A stretch of DNA of 64,000 nucleotides from Candidatus Bathyarchaeota archaeon (lineage in GTDB: Archaea; Thermoproteota; Bathyarchaeia; Bathyarchaeales; Bathycorpusculaceae), in assembly GCA_963717465.1 (NCBI GenBank), contig OY970340.1, positions 224,001-288,000 on the forward strand, written 5' to 3'. This document shows positions 42,160 through 52,684 of the stretch, piece after piece. Numbering within the stretch: the first letter of the stretch is position 1; every line of letters begins with the position of its first letter. The notes under the pieces were generated by a model. The model saw only the letters and a list, made by a program, of their open reading frames with translations, searched no databases and was not told the DNA's origin. Position numbers and translations under genes: made by a program.

Positions 42160-42208
42160 CGAAATTCACTTGCTTAGAGTGTTCAAGTTCATACAGTCTT
42201 CTTCTTAT

Positions 42209-42741
42209 TTAGCTTTTCGAAGCAGTTTCCATAGCTTTAAGCAAATTCGAGGCTTCAAACTTTTTTTTCGACGTAACTTTGACTATCACTATGCCTTCGC
42301 AGGGCTGCCCATAAACAACAATAGCTTTTTCAGGCGCATATAAAACAGCTATTAGAGTCAACAAGTCTTCTTCCCCATCCACGATTATCTGGGCGGGATC
42401 CTTGCTTTCTAATGCTTCTTTTACTGTTGCTATCGCTTGCTTGGTGATTGTTCCTTGGGGATTTTCAACATAAAACTTCTTTTCTACAGGTATCTTAAAG
42501 GGCTGAATCTTTTTCCTCATGCACTTAAAATCAATGATTGAAAGTTGAGGGATAATTTTGTGTTCAAAAAGATTCTGGGAAACTGTATCTCCAACCGCTA
42601 TTATTACGTGGCGGTTTCTCTTTATCGGCGAACGCTTTCATTTTACTCATGGTTTCATCAGGTGTGCCATGAATTAAGTCTCCGAAAGGCTCCTTGAATT
42701 TCATCGCGAAGCTCCGGCGTAACACGGTAAGCGATAGCCAT
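42209..42741 (-). CDS. GTP-dependent dephospho-CoA kinase (DUF359), frameshifted
   Basis: VGDTV, NPQGTIT, VDGEEDLL, VYGQP; conserved operon position. Confidence 0.85.
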
Positions 42742-42805
42742 TAACATCAACATTCTAACTACGAATAGAAAAACGATATTTTCGTTAAGAACTTGCCGAT
42801 GGGGC

Positions 42806-42991
42806 TTATCTAACCTTTAACGCGTAACGCCCTTTATCCTTAATGTTCATAGCCTTCGCAATAGCAGAATCTTCAGGCTCAAACATAATGACTAATCCGC
42901 TATAATCTTCGCTTGAACTAGCCGACTTGCATTTGGGGCAAACGTTTTCTTTAGTTATAAAATGGCAATTTGCACATGCTCTTTCACTCAT
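42806..42991 (-). CDS. spt4: Transcription elongation factor Spt4 (RpoE'')
   Basis: ACANC...CPKC, SAIAK, YALKVR. Confidence 0.93.
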   Translation of the reverse strand: MSERACANCHFITKENVCPKCKSASSSEDYSGLVIMFEPEDSAIAKAMNIKDKGRYALKVR

Positions 42992-42996
42992 TCAAA

Positions 42997-43602
42997 TCAC
43001 TTCGCTTTTTCTTCAGCACTTTCTTTCTTGCTTTCTGCTGGTTTCTTTTCCGATGAGTCCTTTGCTCTATCCTGGCTAAGCCATTCTAACTTGCCAAGGA
43101 ACGGCTGCCTTGCAGTGACACCGATCTTTCCTGTGCTTCCAGCTCTACCAAGAGAAACCGCTGTTATCCTTACACGAACATGATCGCCCGTTGTTAGTTT
43201 TCTTTTGGTTTCTTTGCCTAACAAAACACCCTGTTTTTCATCATACGAGATGTAATCATCCATAAGTTGTGAAACATGCAGCAAAGCATCTACTGGTCCA
43301 ATGCGTAGAAAAGCGCCGAAATCAGCAATTTCAACAACGTCTCCTTCAACTATTTCCTGAATTAAAGGATAGAACGTTAACAATGAAAAGTTCACTTTGT
43401 GAAAAGTTGCTCCGTCACCGGGAATAATTTTCCCAATAGGGCTAACTTGAATGCTCGTTACTGCTATGACGTAGCCTAGCTCTTCATCTACTACGCCTTC
43501 ATATTTTGCTTTAACCTGTTCACGCCCGACCTTTTCAAGAGGATTTCCAAAAGTTTCAGGCGGAATGCGGATAGTATCCTGAAGTGTTATGAGTTTAAAC
43601 AT
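42997..43602 (-). CDS. rpo7: RNA polymerase subunit E' (Rpo7)
   Basis: IRIPP, GKIIPGDG, FGAF.RIGP.DALLHVSQ. Confidence 0.95.
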   Translation of the reverse strand: MFKLITLQDTIRIPPETFGNPLEKVGREQVKAKYEGVVDEELGYVIAVTSIQVSPIGKIIPGDGATFHKVNFSLLTFYPLIQEIVEGDVVEIADFGAFLRIGPVDALLHVSQLMDDYISYDEKQGVLLGKETKRKLTTGDHVRVRITAVSLGRAGSTGKIGVTARQPFLGKLEWLSQDRAKDSSEKKPAESKKESAEEKAK

Positions 43603-43606
43603 TGAG

Positions 43607-44024
43607 TTATATCAACCCGTCAATCTCTAGACGCGATTTTTGCCTGACATAAATCACTGGCACACTTATATCTCTTAGCCTCTTCCTTAAATTTATATCA
43701 TTTGTAAAAACAGGCATAATTCCAGTCCTTAGCAACTTTCAAAATCACATCATCAGTTGGCAAATGTTCAGTATTGCTTACTTCAACAAACATGCATTTT
43801 TCGGCAAGTTTTAGAGCATAAAGGGCGTTTTTACGCGTTTTAGGAGAACCTTTTTTTGCAAGCAGCTCAAGTTCACGCTTGACAGGTGAAAGCAAAATGA
43901 ACTCGACATTCCTATTCAACAAGCGTGAAACTTCCTCGAAAACGTCGATTTTGAATTGAAATGGCACAAAGAGAGCATTTGAATCTAATATTACTTTTAG
44001 CGATTCTTTTTTACTAGTAGTCAT
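43607..44024 (-). CDS. PIN-domain protein (Fcf1/Utp24-like), frameshifted
   Basis: VILDSN, REL, TDD, then FTND in another frame. Confidence 0.85.
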
Positions 44025-44197
44025 TTATCGTTCTTCCATAGACTTGCAATATTTTCTAAGTGTGTTCGTAAAGTTCGCATTTAAACCATTTGGTTTTGAT
44101 TTGAGTATAAGCTTTTTCAATGGTGAATTACGTGTTGAGTCCAATTAATTTACTTATAATTTATATATGCTATAATAACAATTGGATTAAAGCATAA

Positions 44198-44638
44198 GTG
44201 ATAAATGTGCTTTACGAAAAATCCTGTGGAGCAGTAGTGTACGCCAGAAATGAAAACAACATTAGTTTCTTACTTCTCCATTATGAGGCAGGCCACTGGG
44301 AATTCGTAAAAGGCAATGTTGAACCTAACGAGAACGAAAAAGAAACTGTTGTCCGTGAACTTAGAGAAGAAACAGGAATAACTGAAGCTCAATTTATTGA
44401 TGGTTTCAAAGAAAGAATCGAATACTTCTACAGGCGACAAGGTGACACGGTTCGTAAAGAAGTAGTTTTCTTTTTAATTGAATCAAGCACGCAAAAAGTC
44501 ACTTTATCATTTGAACATATTGGTTACATTTGGCTGGATTACCAGCATGCATTAGAAAAACTGACGTTTAAAAACGCCAGAGACGTGCTGCAGAAAGTTC
44601 ATGTTTTCCTAAAGACGCAGGGAATAATAAATCCCTAA
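44198..44638 (+). CDS. NUDIX hydrolase (Ap4A hydrolase-like)
   Basis: KGNVEPNENEKETVVRELREETG Nudix box, SFEH. Confidence 0.9.
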   Translation: MINVLYEKSCGAVVYARNENNISFLLLHYEAGHWEFVKGNVEPNENEKETVVRELREETGITEAQFIDGFKERIEYFYRRQGDTVRKEVVFFLIESSTQKVTLSFEHIGYIWLDYQHALEKLTFKNARDVLQKVHVFLKTQGIINP

Positions 44639-44649
44639 AAAACGGCGTT

Positions 44650-45914
44650 TTATTTTACTATTCCAAATCCGATAAGTCTCCATCGAGAAACAATTTTCCT
44701 GCTTATAGCAACTCTGGATCCTGGCAAAGCGCAGATAGGCCTAGTTAACTTTACTTTAATATGGTTTTGTTTATTGAAGTGACTTTTCCAACATTCACTG
44801 CGGCTCCGACATGAAGTAGCAATTGTTCGTCAGGGTTAATTTTTTCAACTTTTAAGAGTTCTTTGGTGCCAACTGCCCGTTCTAAAACATGTGTTTCCAA
44901 AGTAAGCTCCGTTACGGTTGGAGGAAGCATTCCTGTTTTACCTGCAATGCTGCCTGTTAAGCCGTCTGCTTTTGAGTAAGATGGGTCTAGCAAGGTTCCC
45001 ACTCCGATTAAGCCGCCGCATGTTGCTTCTTTTACGGTTTTTTCGCCAGAGTGCAAGCTGACTATTTCGCTGACTAAGCGGATGGTATAGCTGTTTTTCC
45101 TTCTTTTTCAATTGCTATTCCAGGGCTGATTTCTATTTCTTCACCTACTGCGAATTTGCCTTGAGCAATTGTTCCGCCGATTATGCCTCCTTCTAAATCT
45201 TCAATAGAAGTGCCAGGTTTGTTAACGTCGAAAGAACGAATGATGTACATGAGCGGTGGTTTAGTTATATCTCTTTTAGGCGTTGGAATAATGTCCTCAA
45301 TAGCATTCAGCAACACGTCAATGTTTATTCCGCGTTGAGCTGAAAGAGGAATAATAGGAGCATTCTCCGCTACGGTTCCTTTAACAAAGCTCTTGATTTC
45401 CTCATAGCTTTTTAGGGCTCTTTTTTCATCAACTATGTCAATTTTGTTCTGAACGATAATTAAGTTCTTTATACCGCTAACTTCAGCTGCTGCCAAGTGT
45501 TCTCGTGTTTGCGGTTGAGGACACGGTTCATCTGCAGCTATAACGAGAATTGCCCCATCCATTATGGCTGCTCCAGAAAGCATCGTAGCCATTAAAGCTT
45601 CATGTCCTGGTGCGTCAACAAAACTTATCGCGCGTTCAAAAACCGTTCGTGAATTGCAGCTTTCGCAGAACTGGTTTAATCGTATAGTTTTTAGGCGGCG
45701 GACAATTTGGGCACTTGTAAATCGGCATATCGGCATAACCGAGTTTTATTGTGATGCCTCTTTTCAATTCTTCACTATGCCTAGAAGCCCACGTGCCCGT
45801 TAAGGCTTTTACAAGCGTTGTTTTACCATGATCAACATGACCAATAGTTCCAACATTAACTTCAGGCTGCTTCGGCAAACCTTTGCCAGCGCCACTTGGA
45901 TTATTCTTTTCCAT
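44650..45914 (-). CDS. eif2g: Translation initiation factor aIF2 gamma (frameshifts)
   Basis: [33 protein letters not shown]. Confidence 0.95.
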
Positions 45915-45981
45915 AACTAAATCTCTCACGAATTAACAAAAAGAGTTAATTATGGAAGTTAATAAGTTTTAACATGAAACT

Positions 45982-46374
45982 CTAAGCTTTTGGGGCTGCT
46001 TCAACTTTAGCCTCGGAAGCTTTTGCGGGTCTCTCGATAATTTTCAGATTGAGTTGAACAATTTCATCAGTGATTACGTTCCCACGAACTGCTTTGCGCT
46101 TTCTTTCACCCTTCTTTTTAGGATTAAATCCTGATCCACCGCTTAACACGACATTTCGACGGACTCCACCGTGAACATTGCTTCTCATCGGGACACCATC
46201 CTTATCTGATCCACCTAAAATCTGCACTTTGTGCGCGGGTAAATCTACAATTGATCCATCTAAGGATTCGCCCATTTTGCGACCGATAAATGGAGCAGCG
46301 CGTGCTTCTTCAACTTCAACCACTTTGGATGTCCCATTTTCTGGATCTGACACGATTATCTTGAATTTTGCCAC
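45982..46374 (-). CDS. rps6e: 30S ribosomal protein S6e
   Basis: GGSDKDGVPM, RKAVRGN, VQLN. Confidence 0.95.
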   Translation of the reverse strand: MAKFKIIVSDPENGTSKVVEVEEARAAPFIGRKMGESLDGSIVDLPAHKVQILGGSDKDGVPMRSNVHGGVRRNVVLSGGSGFNPKKKGERKRKAVRGNVITDEIVQLNLKIIERPAKASEAKVEAAPKA

Positions 46375-46840
46375 TGATAATTAACTCTCCAGCGGAGTAT
46401 GAAGTTAACTCACTCTCTATTAAGCATTTATCTCCATTGCTTTATCTTCACTGAAGAGATGCTTTTTGCCACTAAATCAGTATGGTTTGCGGTGAATTGC
46501 ATTCGATCGCCCTTAAAAGTCGTTTCATTATGCTTTATCCAGCCAGCTTTGCCTGGTTTATTTTGAGAGCGTAGTTGTTGGTTTTTTGGGTAACCATCGG
46601 ACTGTTTTAATGGCGATTAGATTTGAAGCTAATTGTTGGTTGAGTTTAATGCAGTTGCATTAGTCGTTTTTCAAAAAAACCTAAATTAACTGTAAAAAAA
46701 CTATGCTAAGATGAATGTGGTTAATATTTATTTCAAATATTTATTCATAATATTTATTATATAGTAAGTATTAATACTCAATACTTTACGTGTGAAGAAA
46801 GAAATGATGAACGCGTGAAGAATTGAACGAGGGATAGAGA

Positions 46841-47101
46841 TTGAAAAAAGAACCATCAAAAGCGATTGAGAGGAGTTTTAATACAAATTCAACCGAACCA
46901 TACTTTTATATGGCATTCGTGCTTAAAGGCTCGGAAAAACAATATCTAAACCTTTTAAAGTATGTAAACAATCGCAATGGAGCACAAATAATCTACCAAT
47001 GCAAGTCGCTAACATATTTGAGGGTAAGCAGAGAGGACCACTCTCAGATACGTTCAATCGCCCCTGAAACTGTTAGGCTAGAAGCAGAGGAGGCGAAGTA
47101 A
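46841..47101 (+). CDS. Hypothetical protein
   Basis: 86-aa ORF abutting the pilin-like gene. Confidence 0.5.
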   Translation: MKKEPSKAIERSFNTNSTEPYFYMAFVLKGSEKQYLNLLKYVNNRNGAQIIYQCKSLTYLRVSREDHSQIRSIAPETVRLEAEEAK

Positions 47102-47717
47102 ATGAGAAACTTTAGTTTTCAAAGGCTTTTACGAAACAGGCATGGGCTGAGTACAGTGGTTAGCACCTTGATTATCTTGGTGGTGGCGGTTTTGCTTTCA
47201 GCGGTCGTGGCAGCCTACGCTACAAACATAGCTGCCTAGCCAAGTTCAAAAGGAAAACTTGTTCGTTGCATCATGTCACGTATGGTATTGGAATAGCACA
47301 ACAACCGTAGCGGGGATGGCGATTTCAAATATAGGACCTGTAGACAGTGTAATAAACAAAATTAGTGTCAACGGATACCAATGTACCTGGAATAGCTCGA
47401 CCTGCTATGTGACTTACTGCATGATCAAGGGCTCTTTACCAGGCGAATTAACGTGCAGTTCAACCTATGATTTTAGCCCCTGGACCAGTACAACAATTCC
47501 TCTTGGTGATAACTTATATGATTTTAACACTGCAAATGAAAGCATACACGTCCAAACTGGTTACACTTTGGCATTTTACGTCGTCATCAACACATCTGAC
47601 ACAAATTCCACCAATGCGATAATGGCTCAAGATGTTTCCATGCCAGTAAATGTCATTCTTACCACAACGCAAGCCGTATACTGCACCGAACCAATAGTAG
47701 AAGAAGTGAGCCAATAA
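47102..47717 (+). CDS. Type IV pilin/archaellin-like protein with class III signal peptide (frameshift near 47235)
   Basis: Manual translation MRNFSFQRLLRNRHG|LSTVVSTLIILVVAVLL, followed by a Ser/Thr/Asn-rich beta domain. Confidence 0.75.
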
Positions 47718-47896
47718 ACAGCCCCTTCTATCTTTTATTTTATTTACGATCTTTTTAAAAAAATTAAGATAGTCGTCTGCGGAAATGTGAATAATGAAGG
47801 TTCATCCGGGAAAAAGTGCTGCTTCACTTAGTGTTTTTAGATGCGTCCTTATTTTTGGGTGATTATTTTATATTCACGTGCCGACAAGTAGATTCT

Positions 47897-48850
47897 ATGA
47901 TCAAGTTTGGTTTACAGCATCCATGTTACTCATACGATGGAAAGGATACAGAGATTTTTCAGACTTTGAAGAAAACAATCTTGTACGCTGAGGAAAAGGG
48001 TTTTGATAGTTTTTGGGTGATGGATCATTTTTTTCAAATACCTATGGTGGGTAAGCTTGAAGAACCGATGCTTGAAGGATGGTCCACCATTTCGGCTATG
48101 GCGGCTGTGACGAGAAAGATACGAGTGGGTACAATGGTCACGGGTAACATTTACCGTAACCCAGCTGTTCTTGCTAAGATGGGCGCTACTGTTGACGTAC
48201 TTAGCAATGGAAGATTATTCATGGGCGTAGGCGCCGGTTGGTTCGAGACTGAAGCCGCGGCTTACGGTATTCCATTCTACACGATTCCAGAGAGATTGAA
48301 GAGGTTGGAGGAGGCTGTTCAAATCATAAAGGGTATGTGGACTGTTGACCATTTCTCTTTTCAAGGCAAGTATTACAGAGTAAGCAACGCCTTGTGTTTT
48401 CCAAAGCCTATACAGAAGCCGTGTCCACCTGTACTTATCGGCGGAGGCGGCGAAAAAGTCACGCTGAAGCTAGTTGCAAAGTACGGTGACGCGTGTAATC
48501 TTTTCGGCGGACCAAAAACAGTGAAAGCCAAACTTGTAAAGCTAAAAGAACACTGCAAGGCTGCCGGCAGAGACTATGACGACATTCTAAAAACTAAATT
48601 GGGGCACCTAATGATCGGCGAGGACAACAAAGAGGTTTCCCAAATGGTTAAGCACAATCGCCAACCTGACTTAACCGACGAGCAGTACAATGAAAGGGTA
48701 ATCTTTGGAACACCAAAGCAGGTAGTCCACAAAATTCAAGAGTTAATCGATGCCGGCGTGCAGTACTTAATCTTCAACGTTGCCTACGGACACGAAGAAA
48801 AAGTATTGAAGCTATTCGTTGAAGAAGTAATGCCTAACATTAACTCTTGA
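47897..48850 (+). CDS. LLM-class F420-dependent oxidoreductase
   Basis: WVMDH, YRNPAVLAK, GAGW, LIGGGGEK. Confidence 0.9.
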   Translation: MIKFGLQHPCYSYDGKDTEIFQTLKKTILYAEEKGFDSFWVMDHFFQIPMVGKLEEPMLEGWSTISAMAAVTRKIRVGTMVTGNIYRNPAVLAKMGATVDVLSNGRLFMGVGAGWFETEAAAYGIPFYTIPERLKRLEEAVQIIKGMWTVDHFSFQGKYYRVSNALCFPKPIQKPCPPVLIGGGGEKVTLKLVAKYGDACNLFGGPKTVKAKLVKLKEHCKAAGRDYDDILKTKLGHLMIGEDNKEVSQMVKHNRQPDLTDEQYNERVIFGTPKQVVHKIQELIDAGVQYLIFNVAYGHEEKVLKLFVEEVMPNINS

Positions 48851-49069
48851 TTCATTATGAAACCCGAACTCAATCCCTGATTAACTGCACCTGACAAATC
48901 GTCTTTTGCACGAAAACGCGCCTGTTTCATAAATATTTTTAACGTTAACTAATCTTGCCTTTAGTCTTTTTGCCCGAATTCCCTCGCTCATTGGTTTTTT
49001 GGAGGGTTAATGACCAGTTCGTGAAGCAGTCCCAGAGCAGGCTTGACTTTTCATCGTTTTGATTCTTGC

Positions 49070-49876
49070 TCATTTTGTCGCCTTGAGGTACCTGTTGAAG
49101 AAGGCTAAAGTCATTGCCCATGCGTCTTCAGCTGCCTCCTTGTTGTATGAGTGCCTAGTCTCATTAAAGAAGGCATGCTGCGTACCCTGATAGATCTTCA
49201 TTTGAAAAGTCTTCTTATTCGCAATCATGCTTTCAACCAATCCTGGAACTCCGCCGGTTATTCTCAAGTCCTCGCCAGCATAGATTCCAAATACGGCGCC
49301 GGTGATTTTCGCTACCGCCTCAAGCGGTTTAGGGTTGGCGCCGTAAAATGGAACAACAGCTTTGAACGGGTATTCAGTTGCAAGCTGATAAGCTAAGCCG
49401 CCGCCGAGACAGAAACCTGTAATCCCAAGTCTTTTAGCGTCCACATTTTCTAAAGTTTTAGCGTAGTTCACGCAACTTAGAAGATCTTGTGTCATGGTTT
49501 TTTCAGCGGCCTCTCGCCCACTGTGAAAGAAATTAACTATTTTCCGGTCATCCTCTGATAAGCTCGCCATAAGCGCTTGTATAGTGGCTGGGTCGTTGCG
49601 TTTTTCAGGCGGAATTTGCCACATGTGCATCATTGCTTTCTCGATTGCTTTTTCGGTTAAGTCTTTATTACGGCTGAACAGGTGTGGAGCCACAGCTACA
49701 AAGCCTTGCTGAGCGTATCTATCTGCGACACTTTTGATCTGATCGTTAAGACCCCAAGCTTCATGGACTACAATTATTGCAGGATGCCTGCCTTCAATTT
49801 TAGGTGACGCCACACACGCTGTCATTTCTACGCCATCAGAACACTTGTAAGTTACAGTTACGCTTGAAATATTCAT
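49070..49876 (-). CDS. Dienelactone hydrolase family protein
   Basis: HEAWGL, GFCLGG, HAF. Confidence 0.92.
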   Translation of the reverse strand: MNISSVTVTYKCSDGVEMTACVASPKIEGRHPAIIVVHEAWGLNDQIKSVADRYAQQGFVAVAPHLFSRNKDLTEKAIEKAMMHMWQIPPEKRNDPATIQALMASLSEDDRKIVNFFHSGREAAEKTMTQDLLSCVNYAKTLENVDAKRLGITGFCLGGGLAYQLATEYPFKAVVPFYGANPKPLEAVAKITGAVFGIYAGEDLRITGGVPGLVESMIANKKTFQMKIYQGTQHAFFNETRHSYNKEAAEDAWAMTLAFFNRYLKATK

Positions 49877-50031
49877 AAGAAGGTCACGTTAAACTTTACC
49901 AAAACGATATTTAAATGTTAAGTCCGCGACTAATCTATTTTCGCTGGACACTAATCAAGATAAAGAATGATTGTTGCGCTCTAATAAGTAAGCAGTAAAG
50001 TCCCATGTAGTAGGAAAAAAATAACTACTAG

Positions 50032-50508
50032 TTGCCACTATATCGTTCTTTCAATTTATGGTGGGCTTGGAAGATGGATAAGGAAGAAAATGCTACTGAA
50101 AAGAAGCCGTATGATGTTTACGGACGCGGAAAGGAATGTATTCCTTTTAAGGTTGTGGTTAAACCGCGGTCGGTGATGGGAGATTACATTGCGCTTCACG
50201 GGCTGTGTCCACAAAACGAATTGCCAGAGAACATGCGGGGCAAGATTCCAGAGGATGAAATCTGGATGCGCAAGGACGTTTTTGATAATCCGAAAAGAAG
50301 GGAACGCATTCTTCAAGGACACGAAAAATATGAGCTCTCTTTGATGGAGACTGAAGGCCTAACGTACAAGCAGGCGCATCACAAAGCTGAATTGCATGAA
50401 AAGTTTTACCTTTTTGAAAAAGAGATTGACATGCTAGAGAAGAATTTGAAGATTAAACATCACCTTGATGCAGTAAAAATTGTAGAGCCAAGAAGAAAGA
50501 AACAATAA
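50032..50508 (+). CDS. Hypothetical protein
   Basis: 158-aa ORF with HE..E and AH..A motifs; real start probably near 50073. Confidence 0.55.
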   Translation: MPLYRSFNLWWAWKMDKEENATEKKPYDVYGRGKECIPFKVVVKPRSVMGDYIALHGLCPQNELPENMRGKIPEDEIWMRKDVFDNPKRRERILQGHEKYELSLMETEGLTYKQAHHKAELHEKFYLFEKEIDMLEKNLKIKHHLDAVKIVEPRRKKQ

Positions 50509-50624
50509 CTAAAAACGAAACTTAGAAGACATACATATCGGCCATCCTAAATTTCAACATTTTTAAGTCCTATATGATCACTCACATGGAACATTTTTAA
50601 TACAGTATTCAGGACCAACAGTAT

Positions 50625-51740
50625 TCAGGACCCTTTGGCAGGCAAGTTTGCGTCAGGTATATTTGCACTTGATTTTTTTCTAGAGCGCAAGAAAAGTAGG
50701 CTAGAAGATGTTTTTGCTATTTGAGGCAAACCAGCTAGATCTTCGAAGATCAATAAGCCGCGTGAAAGAAGAGCGAATGCTGTAGCTGGAGCGGACGCTA
50801 CACCTAACAGCAAAGTGAAGATTCCAATGATACCGAATTCCTGGACTCCGATTCCTGCGGGTGTAATAGGCACAAATGCTAAAGCAGTAGCTAGTGGTTG
50901 GATTAAGAAGAAGCCTATCCAAGGTATCTGAGTTATTCCTAAAGCTTGACCCAAGAAAAACCATTCAAAGCCCTTCAGAGTCCAACAAGTAGCTGTTATG
51001 AGTATTATTACGGGGATTGCATGTCTAGTTTTTTTACCGCTCTCTTTGTATTCATCAAGTTTGCCCATTATGCCTCCTGCAAACGGTTTTAGGAAGCGCG
51101 AGTTGGCGATGCGGTCAAAAAGAGAAATGGCTCGTTTGGACCATGTGAAAGCAGCCATTAAAATTACTCCTACAAGCATCAGGATTATGCCGAGAGCAGC
51201 TATCAGCAAACCAATATTTACTCCTGCAAAGGTTCCAAATTGAGTCCAATTCTTTGCTGGGACAGTACTAATTAGATACATAACGCAACTGACGCTTCCG
51301 ATTACTTTGATGAGAAACTCTATTGTTTGTATGCCTAAAATACCATTTAGACTTTTTGATGATGGCACATTTTGGTCTCTCAGATAAATCGGAGTTAGAA
51401 TATATCCTGAACGCCCTGGAGTAACATCGCTACTTAACATGCCTGCATACTGGGCGAGGAGAGTTCTGCCGAATGTTGTTTTTATTCCATCTCTACCAAG
51501 AATATATCTTAATCGTACAGTGAACAATATGTTTATTGTAAAATATACCAGAAAAGATAAGGCAAGGTATTCTAACTTTATATTAAGTAAATCGTTGTAT
51601 AGTGGGATAAATCCAACGTAATGTTCAACGTACCATAGTAAAGCTGCTAGGATAGCTATCATAAGGATTAGCTGGACTGCATATCTCATGATTTTTCTCG
51701 ATTTTGAATTCTTTTGTTCGACCGATTCGATGGAAGGCAT
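50625..51740 (-). CDS. Lysylphosphatidylglycerol synthase TM / flippase-like protein
   Basis: Multi-TM; TPGRSG, PITPAGIGVQE. Confidence 0.85.
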   Translation of the reverse strand: MPSIESVEQKNSKSRKIMRYAVQLILMIAILAALLWYVEHYVGFIPLYNDLLNIKLEYLALSFLVYFTINILFTVRLRYILGRDGIKTTFGRTLLAQYAGMLSSDVTPGRSGYILTPIYLRDQNVPSSKSLNGILGIQTIEFLIKVIGSVSCVMYLISTVPAKNWTQFGTFAGVNIGLLIAALGIILMLVGVILMAAFTWSKRAISLFDRIANSRFLKPFAGGIMGKLDEYKESGKKTRHAIPVIILITATCWTLKGFEWFFLGQALGITQIPWIGFFLIQPLATALAFVPITPAGIGVQEFGIIGIFTLLLGVASAPATAFALLSRGLLIFEDLAGLPQIAKTSSSLLFLRSRKKSSANIPDANLPAKGS

Positions 51741-51822
51741 ATTCAGTCACTCTTCACGCTAACGATTAAAAAGGTTTAGGTTAACTTCTAGTCATATAGA
51801 CACAACGTTCTGATGACTACTT

Positions 51823-52617
51823 TTATTTACTTGTTGACTTTCGCTTGATATCTTGTCTTCTTTTAATAAGAAAAACTACTACTAACGCTGCTATTATTAT
51901 CACAACTACCGCAATCAGGTAGTTTGAGAATCCTGCTGCTTGCTGCCAATTGGCGCCTAAAATCATTCCTGCATAAACGAGAACAACATCCCAAACTAGG
52001 CATCCGGCTGTTGTATACAGTACGAACCTTGAAATGGACATTTTAGCTGCTCCCGCAGGGAAAGATATCAGCGTTCTGCAACCTGGGGCCAATCTGCTAA
52101 AAAAAACTGCAAAGGCGCCGTACTTGTTAAACCAGCCCTCTACTCTTTGAATATTTGAATCGTTTACTATGATTTTTTTTAATTTTTTGTTTTTAACTAG
52201 GATGTCCAGTCCTTCCATTCCTATGCAGTAGTCGACAAGACTGCCTAATACTCCAGCAATCGTTGAAATAGCTATTGTTAACCAAAAATCTAGTTGACCA
52301 AGATACACAAGGTATCCTGCAAACGGAAGAATTACTTCGCTTGGAATAGGCAGACTGATGGATTCAAGAAGCATTAGCCCAAAAACTCCTGCATAACCCA
52401 ATGATGCAACTGTAGCTGTAAAGTTCTGCGTAAACAAGATTGTAGTATGCAGGATAGCATAGAAGAGTGTGCCACTGAAAGGCTGACCATCGATTAAGAC
52501 ATCTTCAAGCGCATCCCCTATTACAATCAAAAAGCCAAAGGCTAATATGGCGACTGCTATTAACTGAGGTGCTTTTTTCTTAAGTTCATTAAAATTTTTG
52601 GGAAATATAGGTAACAA
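51823..52617 (-). CDS. DedA family membrane protein
   Basis: LES..LPIPSE, FSRLAPG.RT.IS.PAG. Confidence 0.92.
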   Translation of the reverse strand: MLPIFPKNFNELKKKAPQLIAVAILAFGFLIVIGDALEDVLIDGQPFSGTLFYAILHTTILFTQNFTATVASLGYAGVFGLMLLESISLPIPSEVILPFAGYLVYLGQLDFWLTIAISTIAGVLGSLVDYCIGMEGLDILVKNKKLKKIIVNDSNIQRVEGWFNKYGAFAVFFSRLAPGCRTLISFPAGAAKMSISRFVLYTTAGCLVWDVVLVYAGMILGANWQQAAGFSNYLIAVVVIIIAALVVVFLIKRRQDIKRKSTSK

Positions 52618-52684
52618 CAGTTCATGCTCTGCTTAGCTAATATTTAGACTTTTGTGCAAATCCAATAATTATAGACTTTCGTGA

